This document shows, in pieces, positions 1-12,403 of a DNA stretch of 64,000 bases; positions within the stretch are counted from its first letter, which is position 1; each line of letters begins with the position of its first letter. This stretch comes from an uncultured Trueperaceae bacterium (GTDB lineage Bacteria; Deinococcota; Deinococci; Deinococcales; Trueperaceae): NCBI GenBank assembly GCA_963799485.1, contig CAWCXJ010000006.1, positions 384,001 through 448,000 on the forward strand. The letters are read 5' to 3'. Below the pieces are notes generated by a model. The model worked only from the letters and a program-made list of their open reading frames with translations. It was not told the origin of the DNA and did not search any database. The position numbers and the translations under genes were made by a program.

Positions 1-63
1 GAGCACTTCCAACGCTTTTTTTTGCCTCCAAAACCAGCGCATACACCAAAGTATACGCAGTCT

Positions 64-675
64 ATGCCGCTAAATGTCGGGCTGACCGGGAACATCGGCT
101 CGGGCAAATCCACCGTGGCGCGGCTTTTTGCCGCGCGTGGGGCAGCTGTCATCGACGCCGACGTGCTCGCCCGTGAAGCGACGGAAGCCCCGGAGGTGTT
201 GCGAGAGATTACGGCGACCTTCGGCGATGAACTTGTTAAAGGAGAAAAGCTAGACCGCGCAAAACTTGCTGAAGTCGTGTTCAAGGCTCCCGAAGCCAGG
301 GCTAAACTCAACGCGATTATTCACCCGTGGGTGGGGCGCGAACGTGAGGCTCGAGTCGCTACTTTAGTCTCTCAAAAATTGCCTCCCAAAATCATCATTC
401 ACGACGTTCCGCTGCTCTTTGAAGTTGGCTTAGACGCTGAGATGGACAAGACGGTCGTGGTAGACGCGCCGTTAGACGTCCGCGTGGCCCGCGTCGTGCA
501 GCGCAGCGGTCTGACGGCGCATGAGGTGCGCTCGAGAGACGCCGCGCAGCTCCCCTTGGCTGAAAAGCTCGTGCGTGCAGATTTTGTCATCGACAATAGC
601 GGAGAACAGAAAGACTTGGCTCGGCAAGTTGAAACGGTGTGGTGGGCGCTGGTCTCGAGTAACAAAACAGCTTGA
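64..675 (+). CDS. coaE: dephospho-CoA kinase
   Basis: GLTGNIGSGKST P-loop, IDAD, LNAIIHP, DVPLLFE, ADFVIDN motifs; ATG at 64 chosen over upstream TTG. Confidence 0.95.
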   Translation: MPLNVGLTGNIGSGKSTVARLFAARGAAVIDADVLAREATEAPEVLREITATFGDELVKGEKLDRAKLAEVVFKAPEARAKLNAIIHPWVGREREARVATLVSQKLPPKIIIHDVPLLFEVGLDAEMDKTVVVDAPLDVRVARVVQRSGLTAHEVRSRDAAQLPLAEKLVRADFVIDNSGEQKDLARQVETVWWALVSSNKTA

Positions 676-706
676 CGGACTATTCGATATATGTAAAACT
701 AGATTT

Positions 707-1309
707 ATGAATATCGAAACACAAAATACACCGACAGCGGAAACTATCCCGGCTCACACGGAAACCCTCGTCGCATTTTTCAAAGCTTTAGCCGACCCCA
801 ACCGCCTCAAAATCGTCGGTTTGCTTGCCCGGCAACCCTACACCGTCGAGCAGTTGGCCGCACTTTTAGAGATAGGTAGCCCGACCGTCTCGCATCACCT
901 GCGCAAGCTCGCCAAAGTGGGTCTTGTCGAGGCGAAGGCCGAAGGTTACTACAGCGTCTATTCGCTCCGCCCGGAAGTCTTACAAGAACAGGCCAAAACG
1001 CTGCTCGGTGAGGACGGTTTCGGGACGTTTGCCGATGAGGTTGACCTGTCCGCCTTCGACCGTAAAGTTTTAACGACGTTTACCGACGAAACCGGCGCAA
1101 TCACCGCGTTTCCGGTACAGCAGAAAAAGTATCTGGTACTGCTCCGGCACGTGTTAGGCGCGTTTGAACCCGGCGTCCGCTATCCGGAACGTGAAGTCAA
1201 CGAACGACTGGTGCGGTTTAACGCCGATACTGCCCGCCTTCGCCGCAGTTTGGTCGAGCACAGATTGATGGCGCGCGAAGGTGGCGGCGGCGCATACTGG
1301 CGGCTTTAG
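707..1309 (+). CDS. ArsR/SmtB-family regulator with C-terminal DUF2087-like domain
   Basis: FFKALADPNRLKI...VSHHLRKL wHTH; C-terminal YPEREVN...DTARLRRSLVE..LMAR....YW; ATG at 707. Confidence 0.85.
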   Translation: MNIETQNTPTAETIPAHTETLVAFFKALADPNRLKIVGLLARQPYTVEQLAALLEIGSPTVSHHLRKLAKVGLVEAKAEGYYSVYSLRPEVLQEQAKTLLGEDGFGTFADEVDLSAFDRKVLTTFTDETGAITAFPVQQKKYLVLLRHVLGAFEPGVRYPEREVNERLVRFNADTARLRRSLVEHRLMAREGGGGAYWRL

Positions 1310-1327
1310 CGCCTGCACGACATAACG

Positions 1328-1358
1328 AAGGGCACCTCTGAATAGGGTGCCCTTTTTT
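1328..1358. terminator. intrinsic terminator between convergent genes
   Basis: AAGGGCACC-loop-GGTGCCCTT followed by T-run. Confidence 0.8.
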
Positions 1359-1377
1359 AGTCGAAGCTTTGAAGAAA

Positions 1378-3138
1378 CTATTCCGACCAGGTAACGCCCG
1401 TTTCGGAGTAGCTGCTGACGTCACCGCCCGTACGCTCGCTATACGCCGTACTGCTCGTCAGACGCGTAGCGATGAAGGACAAAAACGCCTCGGCGACGCT
1501 GCTGGCCTTTTCTACGGCGGCAAAGTCGAGGTTTGCCGCGCCGCCCATCCCGGCAGCGGTCTGAATCTGCGTGCCAAGCGTCTGTGCCAGGTTTTGGAAG
1601 GTGGCCTTGTCGTCCGTGTAGGCGTAACCGGTCGCGCCCTTTGGCACCTCGCCGAAAAGGTCGTTTCGGCCCCCCTCGGTTTGTGCGTTAAGGGTTGCTG
1701 CCATTGCCGTTTCACTCGTCCCGATGAGGGCGTAGCCGTCGTTGACGGCGTAAAAGATGGTGGCCCCCGGTGCGACCTCGAAGCGGGTCACGTCGGTTCC
1801 GGCGATAGTCTCCTGGCTGCGCTGAGGTTGTCCGTCGCCGCCTTGCGGGTCGCTCATACTGCTCGTAACGCGGCTGATGTTTTGAAACAAGTCTCCGAGG
1901 CCACGCTCGGCAGCGGCGGCGTTCGTCGCCTGTATCAGATAGACCCCTTCACCCAAAAGATTTTCGCTAGGAATACCAGGCTCCACTGCGCCGCTCAGTC
2001 CGGTCGTAACCGTTACAAGTTGGTCGCCCGTCCAGCTAAAGATGCTTTCGCGCAGATTGAGGCCGGTAAACGACAAAATCAGGCTGTCGAGGTCGCCGCC
2101 GAGTTCGGGAACGCTCAGCGCGAGTTCGTTGAGATAGTCGTACCAGCCGCTCCAGTTAAAGGCGGTCGCCGAATAGCTGAGCGCTTCTGGCGGGACGCTC
2201 ACGTCGGTGGTGGCGGCGGTGTCGGCGCTCAGAAGTGCGTAAAGAGACGCGTCGCCGCCGGTCTGCTCGAGTGCCTGAAACCCTTCGGTAACGAGACCGT
2301 CATCGGTGAGCTGAACGACGCCGCCGACCGCGCCCGCTGTGGTGAACGCTTGACTGAGGCGCTCGACCAGGGGGTCGAAACCAAGGTTCTGTGCGTAAGG
2401 TGCGGCAACTTCGGCGATGCGGGCGTAGTCGAAAAAGCTGTAAAAAGTGCCTTCTTCAAGCGTTCCAAGCGTATTTTGGTAACCTTCAGCGGTTTCAAAG
2501 TTGGGTTCGTCGGCACCCGCGTAACGGCGCAGCACGCCGCGCAGCTCGTCGGGATTGGTCGACAGGGCTAACAGGTCGTCGGTCAGAGTGTAGGCAACGA
2601 CCTGCAAAGGTTCGGCGTCCTGCAGCTGGCGCTGATAAAAGGTCGCGCCGCTCTCTTCAAGGGTCTCTACGCCTTGCGTCCCGGCTTTGTCTAACGCCTT
2701 GTCTAACAGTGCCTGAACTTTCCGCATGCCCTCCGGCGTCACCCTTGTGACCATCGTCAGGGCCGGGAGCGGACTAAATGACGAGGCTGAGAGTGCAAGC
2801 CACGCCTCTTGGCCTAAGACCTCGAGGCTGGTCAAACTTTCTACAGCTTGTTTGTCTTCGGGACTTAACGCGTCCATAGCGGACATTGCGCCGCCCGACA
2901 CCGAACCGCCGGATGCGCTCCCGGAGTTGGCAAGCGCCGTAAACGCCCCCAGCACATCCAGGCGTTCAAATTCGGCGCTAAAATCTTGCAGCTTATCTGA
3001 AACGCCCGCCAAATCTTGCATTCCCAGCGCCAAAAAAGTCTCTTCGGGGAGCAGTTTGGCGAGGTCTTGGGCGCTAGCGAGTCCGCCCAGAGTTAGTAAA
3101 GCCAGCGTAAAAGTAGCTATTGTAAGCTTGTGAAACAT
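1378..3138 (-). CDS. exported hypothetical protein (DUF3352-like)
   Basis: GGAGG RBS before ATG 3138; signal peptide ending ASA-Q; LAKLLPEETFLAL start resembles DUF3352-type proteins. Confidence 0.6.
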   Translation of the reverse strand: MFHKLTIATFTLALLTLGGLASAQDLAKLLPEETFLALGMQDLAGVSDKLQDFSAEFERLDVLGAFTALANSGSASGGSVSGGAMSAMDALSPEDKQAVESLTSLEVLGQEAWLALSASSFSPLPALTMVTRVTPEGMRKVQALLDKALDKAGTQGVETLEESGATFYQRQLQDAEPLQVVAYTLTDDLLALSTNPDELRGVLRRYAGADEPNFETAEGYQNTLGTLEEGTFYSFFDYARIAEVAAPYAQNLGFDPLVERLSQAFTTAGAVGGVVQLTDDGLVTEGFQALEQTGGDASLYALLSADTAATTDVSVPPEALSYSATAFNWSGWYDYLNELALSVPELGGDLDSLILSFTGLNLRESIFSWTGDQLVTVTTGLSGAVEPGIPSENLLGEGVYLIQATNAAAAERGLGDLFQNISRVTSSMSDPQGGDGQPQRSQETIAGTDVTRFEVAPGATIFYAVNDGYALIGTSETAMAATLNAQTEGGRNDLFGEVPKGATGYAYTDDKATFQNLAQTLGTQIQTAAGMGGAANLDFAAVEKASSVAEAFLSFIATRLTSSTAYSERTGGDVSSYSETGVTWSE

Positions 3139-3298
3139 ATAACCTCCAGGATTGAGCATCTGCTGACAGTGTACAAGGGTCTCACCTGAGAAATCTCGTA
3201 TCTTATGTCCCGGCATAGCCATAGGCAAAGCACCGGCACAGCACCAGCAAAAACGGGCCAGCCGTGATGCGCTGACCCACAAACTTGACAAGGCGTGA

Positions 3299-5278
3299 CT
3301 AAAGCAGCTTTTTCGCCGTATCGACCACATTTTGCACGTTAAACCCGAGTTTGTCCATCACCACGTCGCCGTCGGCGGACTCCCCGAAACGGTCTAGGCT
3401 CACCGTTGCGCCGTCTAGTCCGACGTACTTGAACCAGCCTAGCGACGCGCCCGCTTCGACGGCGACCCTGGCCCGCACGCTGTCCGGTAAGACTGATTCA
3501 CGGTAAGAGTCGTCTTGTTCATCAAAGAGTTCTTGTGAGGGCATACTGACCACGCGCACCTTCGCCCCACCCGTTTCCAGGACCTCTTTGGCCCCCAAGC
3601 ACAAAGACACTTCCGAACCCGTGCCGATCAAAATCAGGTTGGGCGTACCGTCCGAATCGGACTGGATATACGCGCCGCGCTTGACGCTGCCCTTGGGCAC
3701 GCTGAGGTGCGGCAGGTCTTGCCTCGAGAGCGCCAACGCGACCGGCTCTTTGCTGGTCATGGCGTAGGCCCACGCCTGCGCCGTTTCGTTGCCGTCGGCA
3801 GGGCGGATGACCTTGAGCTGCGGAATCGCGCGGAGCGCAGTCAAAGACGCGACCGGTTGGTGCGTGGGGCCGTCGCCGCCCAAACCGATGCTGTCGTGCG
3901 TAAATACCCAGACGACCGGCTGATCCATCAGCGCGCCGAGGCGCAGGGCGGGGCGCAGGTAATCCGAAAAAATCAAAAAGGTTCCGGCGTAGGGTTTGAG
4001 GCCGCCGTGCAGTGACAGGCCGTTAGTAATCGCCGCCATCCCGTGTTCACGGACGCCGAAGTGGATGTTGCGGCCCGAGTAGTCATCCTTGGAGATAAAG
4101 GGCGTGTTTTCCAGGGTCGTGTTGTTCGAGCCTGCGAGGTCGGCAGAACCGCCGATAAGTTGTGGAAATCTTTCAGCCAGGGCGTTTAGGACTTTGCCAG
4201 ATGAAACCCGCGTTGCGGCCTTGCCGCCGACTTCAAAGGTAGGCAGGGTGTCCTCGAGGTCGCCCCCCACTTCACCTTTAAGGGCGGTTTGAAACTGCTG
4301 TGCAAGATCCGGGAATTCTTTTTGGTAGGCGTCGAACTTTTCTTGCCACGCGGCTTCTGCGTCTTTACCGCGCTCCTGAGCCTCGCGGTAGTGCGCCAAC
4401 ACATCGTCCGGTACCGTAAACGCGGGCCAGTCGATCCCTAAATTTTTCTTGGTTTCCTCAGGGTCGGGCATCGAACCGTGCGCTTTGGGCGTGCCCTCGA
4501 CCTTCGAGCCGTAGCCGATAATGCTGCGTACGGCAATCAGGCTGGGTCTGCCGGTTTCGGCTTTGGCGGCTTCGATTGCCTTCGTAATCGCCTCGACGTC
4601 GTTGCCGTCTTCGACCCTCTGCGTGTGCCAGTGATACGCGCCGTAACGCTCCAAGACGTTTTCGGTGAAGGTCAAGTTGGTCTTGTTGTCGATGGTAACG
4701 TTGTTGTCGTCGTACATGACGATGAGCTTGCCGAGTCCCCATGTTCCGGCTAAAGATGAGGCTTCGCTCGAGACCCCCTCCATCAGGTCGCCGTCGCTGG
4801 CAATAACAAAGGTGTAGTGATCGATAAGTTCAAAACCGGGGCGGTTGTAGACGGCGGCGAGGTGCGCTTCAGCGAGGGCAATCCCGACCGCTGTGCTGAT
4901 ACCCTGACCGAGCGGGCCGGTCGTCACCTCGACGCCGGGGGTAACGAAGTGTTCGGGGTGTCCGGGCGTTTTGCTCTTCCACTGCCGGTAGCGTTTAAGC
5001 TCCGCCATCGGCAGGTCGTAACCGACTAAGTGCGCGAGGCTGTACTGGAGCATCGAGCCGTGTCCGGCAGACTGAATGTAACGGTCGCGGTCGATCCAGC
5101 GGTCGTTTGCCGGGTTGAACTTCATAAACTTGGTAAACAGCGTGTAGCCCATCGGGGCTGCGCCTAGCGGCATTCCGGGGTGGCCTGAACCGGCAGCCCC
5201 AAGTGCGTCGATGGTCAGGGCGCGAATCGCGTTGATGGAGCGCTCCTGGAGCGACTGGCGGGTTTGCGTTTGCGTCAT
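3299..5278 (-). CDS. tkt: transketolase
   Basis: [59 protein letters not shown]. Confidence 0.97.
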   Translation of the reverse strand: MTQTQTRQSLQERSINAIRALTIDALGAAGSGHPGMPLGAAPMGYTLFTKFMKFNPANDRWIDRDRYIQSAGHGSMLQYSLAHLVGYDLPMAELKRYRQWKSKTPGHPEHFVTPGVEVTTGPLGQGISTAVGIALAEAHLAAVYNRPGFELIDHYTFVIASDGDLMEGVSSEASSLAGTWGLGKLIVMYDDNNVTIDNKTNLTFTENVLERYGAYHWHTQRVEDGNDVEAITKAIEAAKAETGRPSLIAVRSIIGYGSKVEGTPKAHGSMPDPEETKKNLGIDWPAFTVPDDVLAHYREAQERGKDAEAAWQEKFDAYQKEFPDLAQQFQTALKGEVGGDLEDTLPTFEVGGKAATRVSSGKVLNALAERFPQLIGGSADLAGSNNTTLENTPFISKDDYSGRNIHFGVREHGMAAITNGLSLHGGLKPYAGTFLIFSDYLRPALRLGALMDQPVVWVFTHDSIGLGGDGPTHQPVASLTALRAIPQLKVIRPADGNETAQAWAYAMTSKEPVALALSRQDLPHLSVPKGSVKRGAYIQSDSDGTPNLILIGTGSEVSLCLGAKEVLETGGAKVRVVSMPSQELFDEQDDSYRESVLPDSVRARVAVEAGASLGWFKYVGLDGATVSLDRFGESADGDVVMDKLGFNVQNVVDTAKKLL

Positions 5279-5460
5279 GGTTTGTTTCCTCCTATGGCTT
5301 TTGTGCAGCATAACAGAGCGTGCTGCTCAGGGCCTGATATGCAGGACCGGGACCTACCGGGTTCAATACCTGCGGGTTCAACACGGCGTCTAGTTTAGAG
5401 GTCGGCTGGGAAAAGGTCTGGGTGAAGTCCTACCGTTTTCCCGGCCCCAAAGTCCAAAGC

Positions 5461-5934
5461 CTAGCTGAGCGGTTGTGCGCGGCGGGCGGCGATACCCTCT
5501 TTGACTTTTTTGGCAACTTCAAAGTGGCGACGCTCGAGGTCGCTCTCGACTCTTAGCCTCGGCACCTCAGTCGGTTTCAGGTCGGGCCCGAGCGCGACGA
5601 AGTTCATGTGCCCAACGGTGCAAAGCCGCCGTTCGCCGCTGCCGGGGTTCTCGCCGTAAACTTCGCAGCGCACAATCATGCTGGTACGTCCGGCAAACGC
5701 CACCCGGCTTCTAAGCTCGATGATTTCGCCCACATAGATAGGGGCGCGAAAGTCCACCGGTTCGCTCGAGGCCGTCACCGAGGGCAAGCGGCAAAAGCGC
5801 CAGCAGGCAATCGCAGCGTTGACGTCCATCAGTTCCAGCACGCGCCCACCAAAAAGTGTCCCGAGCGGGTTGACGTGGTTGGGAAACACGGTGTCGAAAG
5901 TGGTAATCCATTCGGAGATGTGTTCAGCGGTCAT
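5461..5934 (-). CDS. acyl-CoA thioesterase (hotdog fold, YciA-like)
   Basis: VFPNHVNPLGTLFGGRVLELMD, VDFRAPI, GRTSM; leaderless TATACT-N6-ATG. Confidence 0.9.
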   Translation of the reverse strand: MTAEHISEWITTFDTVFPNHVNPLGTLFGGRVLELMDVNAAIACWRFCRLPSVTASSEPVDFRAPIYVGEIIELRSRVAFAGRTSMIVRCEVYGENPGSGERRLCTVGHMNFVALGPDLKPTEVPRLRVESDLERRHFEVAKKVKEGIAARRAQPLS

Positions 5935-5968
5935 GAAAGCAGTATAGAAGTGTGGCACCGGCTGGTCC

Positions 5969-6154
5969 GGCCTATTGCTGGCGGCTGAAGACAACGAGGA
6001 TAAAGTTGCTGCGGCGTTGCATCTGAACGCGCAGACGGTCTATCAGCTAAGGAAACGCTTTGCTCCAAAGGGTTTGGAGGCTCGTTATACGACAAGCCGC
6101 GGCTGGGCTCCAAACTTAGAGGCTGGCGAAGTCGTAGCGCGTACCGTAGCCTGA
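5969..6154 (+). pseudogene. IS630-family transposase N-terminal HTH remnant
   Basis: manual translation LLLAAEDNEDKVAAALHLNAQTVYQLRKRFAPKGLEA, then frameshift to LYDKPRLG; no start codon, no DDE domain. Confidence 0.6.
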
Positions 6155-6189
6155 GACTTTGCCCGAAGTTATCTCAGGGAGTCTGGCGT

Positions 6190-7047
6190 TTACGGCGCAA
6201 CTGTCCAGTTCATCACCCTGACCATACTGAGATAGTCTTTACCCTGCACAAAGGGCAGCTCGGCGCAGATTTGCAACGTCCAGGGGTTTTCGGCGTCGAT
6301 TTCAGCGCGAATGGTTTTGTAGCCGTGCGTTTGGGCGTAGGCGATTTCTCGAGCCTTGATTGCCAGCATGATCTCACGGTGATGGTGGCGGTAGCTGCGC
6401 CGCGTACCGAAGGTGCCGGTCTCGAGTTCACCTTCAACCTCACCTCTAAACAGATTGCCAAACCCGACAAACTCATCATCTTTAAGCGCGATAAAAAACG
6501 CTTCAGGAATTACGGCGTCATTTTTGACAGTTGCTTCCAGCCACTCCGTTTGACTAAAACGCTCCGGTGTGGCAGGTGTAACGGTTGAGGTGTCGCCGTA
6601 AACTTCGGTGTGGAGGGCGCAAAGTTTGGCTTTAACCTCCGCCCAGACTAGTTCCGAGAGACGAATGAGCTTATAACCGAGTTCTGAAAACGCTGTTTCG
6701 CTGTTTTTAAGTTGCCCCAAGTCAAAAGCTGCAACCTCGAGAACCGGACTGTAAACACGCCTGTATTCCCTAAACCCCAGCGACCTGAGCGCAGCGTAAA
6801 AAGTATCGCCTTCGTCTATACCTGTTCGTAAAAGCAGCGGTTTGTGCGGCTGCAACGCCTGAATAAGACGGTCGTAAAGTTTACGGGCAACGAGTGGGGC
6901 ATCGAAATCTGAAGCAAAATCAGTAAAAACGACCGAGTAGACGCGCGGATGATAGTGAAACTGGTTATGAAAAAATCTCAGCGAATCGAGCTGTTTTCCG
7001 GCAGTTTCGGCGATGATTTTTTGGCCCTCGAGCCTCATTTCAATCAT
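6190..7047 (-). CDS. GNAT-family acetyltransferase (tandem GNAT)
   Basis: C-terminal FVGFGNL...TGTFGTRRSYRH...AIKAREIAYAQTHGYKTIRAEIDAEN pattern. Confidence 0.7.
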   Translation of the reverse strand: MIEMRLEGQKIIAETAGKQLDSLRFFHNQFHYHPRVYSVVFTDFASDFDAPLVARKLYDRLIQALQPHKPLLLRTGIDEGDTFYAALRSLGFREYRRVYSPVLEVAAFDLGQLKNSETAFSELGYKLIRLSELVWAEVKAKLCALHTEVYGDTSTVTPATPERFSQTEWLEATVKNDAVIPEAFFIALKDDEFVGFGNLFRGEVEGELETGTFGTRRSYRHHHREIMLAIKAREIAYAQTHGYKTIRAEIDAENPWTLQICAELPFVQGKDYLSMVRVMNWTVAP

Positions 7048-7062
7048 TTACGGAGCATAACG

Positions 7063-7086
7063 AAAAAGGCGACCCGTAGGCCGCCT
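7063..7086 (-). terminator. groEL intrinsic terminator
   Basis: minus strand AGGCGGCC-TACG-GGTCGCCT-TTTT. Confidence 0.85.
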
Positions 7087-7122
7087 CTCTTTGCAACTTT
7101 TATGTAGCTAGGTAAACAGGAC

Positions 7123-8793
<1,671 letters not shown>

Positions 8794-8803
8794 CTAAGCT
8801 CCT

Positions 8804-9091
8804 TTACGCAACAATCGCGATGATGTCGCGTTCTTGTAAAATCATGAGGTCTTGACCGTCTAGCGTGACTTCGGTGCCGCCGTATTTGGCGAACATCACC
8901 GTGTCGCCTTCGCTGACTTCCAAGGCCGCGCGTTCACCGTTGTCGAGCAGTTTGCCCGGCCCTACCGCGATGACTTTTCCGCGCTGGCTCTTCTCTTTGG
9001 CGGTGTCGGGCAAGACGATCCCGCTCGCGGTGGTTTGCGGCTCGTCGACGACCTCGACGATCACCCGGTCTCCTAGTGGTTTTAATGCCAT
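8804..9091 (-). CDS. groS: co-chaperonin GroES
   Basis: [38 protein letters not shown] before ATG 9091. Confidence 0.99.
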   Translation of the reverse strand: MALKPLGDRVIVEVVDEPQTTASGIVLPDTAKEKSQRGKVIAVGPGKLLDNGERAALEVSEGDTVMFAKYGGTEVTLDGQDLMILQERDIIAIVA

Positions 9092-9123
9092 GTTCAATCC
9101 TCCTGAAACATCTTTACAGTTTT

Positions 9124-9150
9124 TTAGCACTCGAGACTAGCGAGTGCTAA
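9124..9150. promoter_or_regulatory. CIRCE element (HrcA operator)
   Basis: perfect TTAGCACTC-N9-GAGTGCTAA upstream of groES. Confidence 0.97.
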
Positions 9151-9159
9151 CCAAGCGCC

Positions 9160-9189
9160 ATCATATGCACGATGACCCGGCGATGTCAA
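9160..9189 (-). promoter_or_regulatory. sigma70-type groESL promoter
   Basis: TTGACA-N18-TATGAT on minus strand just upstream of CIRCE. Confidence 0.8.
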
Positions 9190-9207
9190 GCGGTTCGTGT
9201 CAGGTAG

Positions 9208-9228
9208 GTTGAGCGTACCTTACTCAGA
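9208..9228. promoter_or_regulatory. HAIR-like HspR operator
   Basis: GTTGAGC-N7-ACTCAGA versus consensus CTTGAGT-N7-ACTCAAG. Confidence 0.55.
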
Positions 9229-9293
9229 ATGTCTATATACCCCGGTTACGGCCGTGCGGGTCAAAAAACCTCGATCAAGGCAGGGTAGCAGTA

Positions 9294-9650
9294 TCAGCCG
9301 CGTTGCAAACCGAGCAGTAAACCGGGGATAAACGCGCCTGCAAAGGGTAGATTCAGTGTCAGCAGGTCGGCCAGCCGTTGCCACAGCGCTTGCAGCGATT
9401 CGGGCCGTAAAAGCGGATCGATGCCCGCTTGAATCTGCAACCAGTTGATCTCGACGAGCCCGTAGTAGGCCAGCAGCTGGATACCGATAAAAAACAGGCC
9501 GAGCGCGATTGCTGCGACCTTGCCGATTTTTTTCAGTGCGTACCCGGCAGCAAAGCCGGCGAGTGCGCCGAAGGTCAGCTGACCCAAAACCGGGGCGAGC
9601 GTTTCGACGTTGGGCAGCTCGAGCTGAGGTTGCGTTCCGGACTGCGACAC
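9294..9650 (-). CDS. FUN14-family membrane protein
   Basis: QLTFGALAGFAAGYALKKIGK..QLLAYYGLVEINW; likely leaderless GTG start (TAAACT-N7-GTG). Confidence 0.85.
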   Translation of the reverse strand: MSQSGTQPQLELPNVETLAPVLGQLTFGALAGFAAGYALKKIGKVAAIALGLFFIGIQLLAYYGLVEINWLQIQAGIDPLLRPESLQALWQRLADLLTLNLPFAGAFIPGLLLGLQRG

Positions 9651-9835
9651 GAGAGCGAGTTTAACATACGTTCGGTGAGAGCTTCTTTCCGGCTCGTTCA
9701 AGGTCGGTAGTTGAAGCAGTAAGAAAGCAGTAGGAATGAAGCAGGGAGAATCGAGAACGGAAACCGGCAGAACCTCATCACTTTGTAAGCAAACACCTTC
9801 ACTCAATCGTTTTGACAAAAGCGCTAGACTGGTCT

Positions 9836-10678
9836 ATGGACATTCTGGTCAACGCAGGCTGCAAGCTAGGCGAAAATCCCCTGTGGGATGAGCGGGAAGA
9901 CTGCCTCTACTGGACGGACATCGACGGCGGGACGCTCCACCGCCATAAAAAAGGTCGGCATGAGGTGATCTATCAGGGTGAAAAGGTCGGCGGCTTTACC
10001 TTGCAAGCAGACGGCAGTTTGCTGCTCTTTCGGGTGGCAGACATCGCGCGGCTCGCGCCAGGCCGTGAAGCCCAAACGCTCTTAGAGGTTCATGAACCCG
10101 GTATGGAACGCTTTAACGATGTGATTGCCACCCCCACCGGAGACGTATTCGCCGGAACCATCGGCAGCTCTGAAACGTCGGGCGGCGTCTACCGGGTGTT
10201 TCAAAACGGTGTTCTCGAGAAACTCTGGGACGGCGCACATATCGCCAACGGCATGGGGTTTTCGCCCGACCTCAGGCACTTTTACTGGACGGATTCGGAC
10301 GCGCGGCATCTCTACCGCTTTGACTACGACAGGGCGACGCAAGCCTTGACCGGACGCGAGCTGATTTATGAAGTCCCGGAAGCCGAAGGCGTTCCCGACG
10401 GTTTGGCTGTCGCTACGGACGGGACGTTTTTCTCCGCGCGTTACGGCGGCAGCAGCCTCGTCCACCATGCCGCCGACGGACGTGTTTTAGAGAGGCTTGC
10501 CGTAGACGCCAAAAACGTGACCTCGGCAGCGTTCGGGGGCGCAGCGTTCAAAACGCTTTACGTGACGAGTGCGGCGGGCGAAGGGTCGGGGGCCGGGGCG
10601 GTTTTTGTACACCATTTTGAAAACGGCGCGAAGCTGAGCGGGCGACAGAAGTTTTACTCTCGGGTCCTGCTCGAATAG
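9836..10678 (+). CDS. SMP-30/gluconolactonase/LRE family protein
   Basis: LGENPLWD, RFNDV, IANGMGFSPD, PDGLAV, TSAAFGG. Confidence 0.92.
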   Translation: MDILVNAGCKLGENPLWDEREDCLYWTDIDGGTLHRHKKGRHEVIYQGEKVGGFTLQADGSLLLFRVADIARLAPGREAQTLLEVHEPGMERFNDVIATPTGDVFAGTIGSSETSGGVYRVFQNGVLEKLWDGAHIANGMGFSPDLRHFYWTDSDARHLYRFDYDRATQALTGRELIYEVPEAEGVPDGLAVATDGTFFSARYGGSSLVHHAADGRVLERLAVDAKNVTSAAFGGAAFKTLYVTSAAGEGSGAGAVFVHHFENGAKLSGRQKFYSRVLLE

Positions 10679-10708
10679 CCGCGCCTGAAGTGCTCCGCCG
10701 AAGGTGGT

Positions 10709-11926
10709 TTACAAGTGACGCTTCTTATCGACGACGTTTTGCAGCACCGCCTCGAGCTTAGCCGCGAGCAGGTCGCGTGAAAACTCCCTTGCGGCCAGCG
10801 CGCGCGCGTTTTGTCCATACGTTTTACGCAGCTCCGGCTGCGCCGCCAGATATTCAGCCTTGTCCGCGAAGTCGGCGGCGTCATCAGGGCGCACAAATAC
10901 GCCCGCCTCGTTTTTTTCGATCAGGTCGCCTAACCAGCCGGGCATGTTGGTCAGCACAGGTTTTCCGGCAGACAGGGAGTCGAACATCTTGTTAGGCGAA
11001 CAAGTGTAGAGAACCGGCACATTTTTGTAGATGGTCAGGCAGACGTCGGCTGCGGCGACCAGGCGGGCGAGGTCGTTACGGTGCAAGTTCCAGCTCGAGA
11101 AGACGACGTTACCGAGATTGTCACGAACTCGGCGCGCCTCGAGCAGCTCGCGTTCACGCCCGTCGCCGTGCAGCACGATGGCGATATCGTCTCTGCCCCG
11201 GCGTTTGAGTTCTGCTGCGCCGTCGAGGACAAACGACAAGCCGTTGGCTTCGCCCATCGTGCCGAAGTAGAGCAAGACCGTTTTATCCGCGAGCCCCAAC
11301 TTCTCTCTAAACTCGCTGCCGTCTAATCCCGGTCGGAACAGCTCGAGGTCTGAAGCGTTGGGAATAACCGTGACGTTTTGGGGCGACACGCCTTGCTTGA
11401 GTACGCCCGCTTTCATTCCGGGTGAGAGCGCCACGACGTGCGCGGCGTTGCGGTAGGCGAGACGCTTGAGCAGCCCGGCTCCGTAGATAGCCGGCGGTGA
11501 GTTCAGCGCGCCCATCGCCACAGGCGCTTCCGGCCAGAGGTCGCGCACTTCGAAAACCATCGGTACCCGTTTAAGCCTCGCGGCCAAGATTCCCGGCAGC
11601 GCAATGGTCAGAGGCGTGCTGGTTGCAAAAACTACATCGGCGCGGAGTGAACGCGCCCGCTGCGCTGCGCCGAAGGCGAAGCTGAAAAAGGTGCGAATCC
11701 GCTCCGCGTTGCTCTGCCGGTTCGAGTAGGGGATCGGCAGTGAGTGAACCTGAATTCCTTCGATGTCGCGCGTAAACCAGCCGGGCTGGTCGCGCGTTTC
11801 GTTGCTCGAGGTCAGCAGATGCACCGTGTGCCCCTTGGCGACGAGCCGCCGCGCCATCTCATAAGAGCGGATACCTCCCACCCGGTCGGGTGTCGTAAAG
11901 TACTGGTGGAGGTAGATAATTTTCAT
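10709..11926 (-). CDS. glycosyltransferase family 4 (WbuB-like)
   Basis: YLHQYF, FEVRDLWPE, SPNKMFDSLSAGKPV. Confidence 0.9.
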   Translation of the reverse strand: MKIIYLHQYFTTPDRVGGIRSYEMARRLVAKGHTVHLLTSSNETRDQPGWFTRDIEGIQVHSLPIPYSNRQSNAERIRTFFSFAFGAAQRARSLRADVVFATSTPLTIALPGILAARLKRVPMVFEVRDLWPEAPVAMGALNSPPAIYGAGLLKRLAYRNAAHVVALSPGMKAGVLKQGVSPQNVTVIPNASDLELFRPGLDGSEFREKLGLADKTVLLYFGTMGEANGLSFVLDGAAELKRRGRDDIAIVLHGDGRERELLEARRVRDNLGNVVFSSWNLHRNDLARLVAAADVCLTIYKNVPVLYTCSPNKMFDSLSAGKPVLTNMPGWLGDLIEKNEAGVFVRPDDAADFADKAEYLAAQPELRKTYGQNARALAAREFSRDLLAAKLEAVLQNVVDKKRHL

Positions 11927-12403
11927 GAATAAAAGCGTAGCACGCCGCTCCTACCCCTGAAGAAGCAAATGTCTACTTTTTTGACCGACAAACAGCGTCC
12001 GCTTACAACTTTTGCGGGCGTGGCTGTCGTAACTGACGTATCCGTATTTGCGCTGAGTGTCCGTGGGTAAGAGATTTAAGTAGTCCCCGACTTTAGGTGC
12101 TGTGACAGTACTCCGAAAGAAAAAGAATATGTGACTCCGAGAGAGTATGGGCTGGACGGCTCTTGATAAAAGGTGTAAACCATAGAAGCTATCAACGACC
12201 GAAGAATATTTGCTGTAACCCCTGTACTGTGCCCCTGTGGTGTAATTACTGTAGTGTGCTCATCACAAAGTGCAAAAAATAACTCTCAGACGGCTTCTTG
12301 CAACTGCACCAGCGATACTTCACAATTTTGCTATGGTGAACTAAGTAGGCTTTAAGGAAATTTTACAAGAGGTCAAAGGGGCCGTTATGAAAGTCGGTAT
12401 TTT

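Noticed and set aside
1369..2571. 400-aa + strand ORF
   Set aside because: Antisense shadow of the exported protein gene; no motifs
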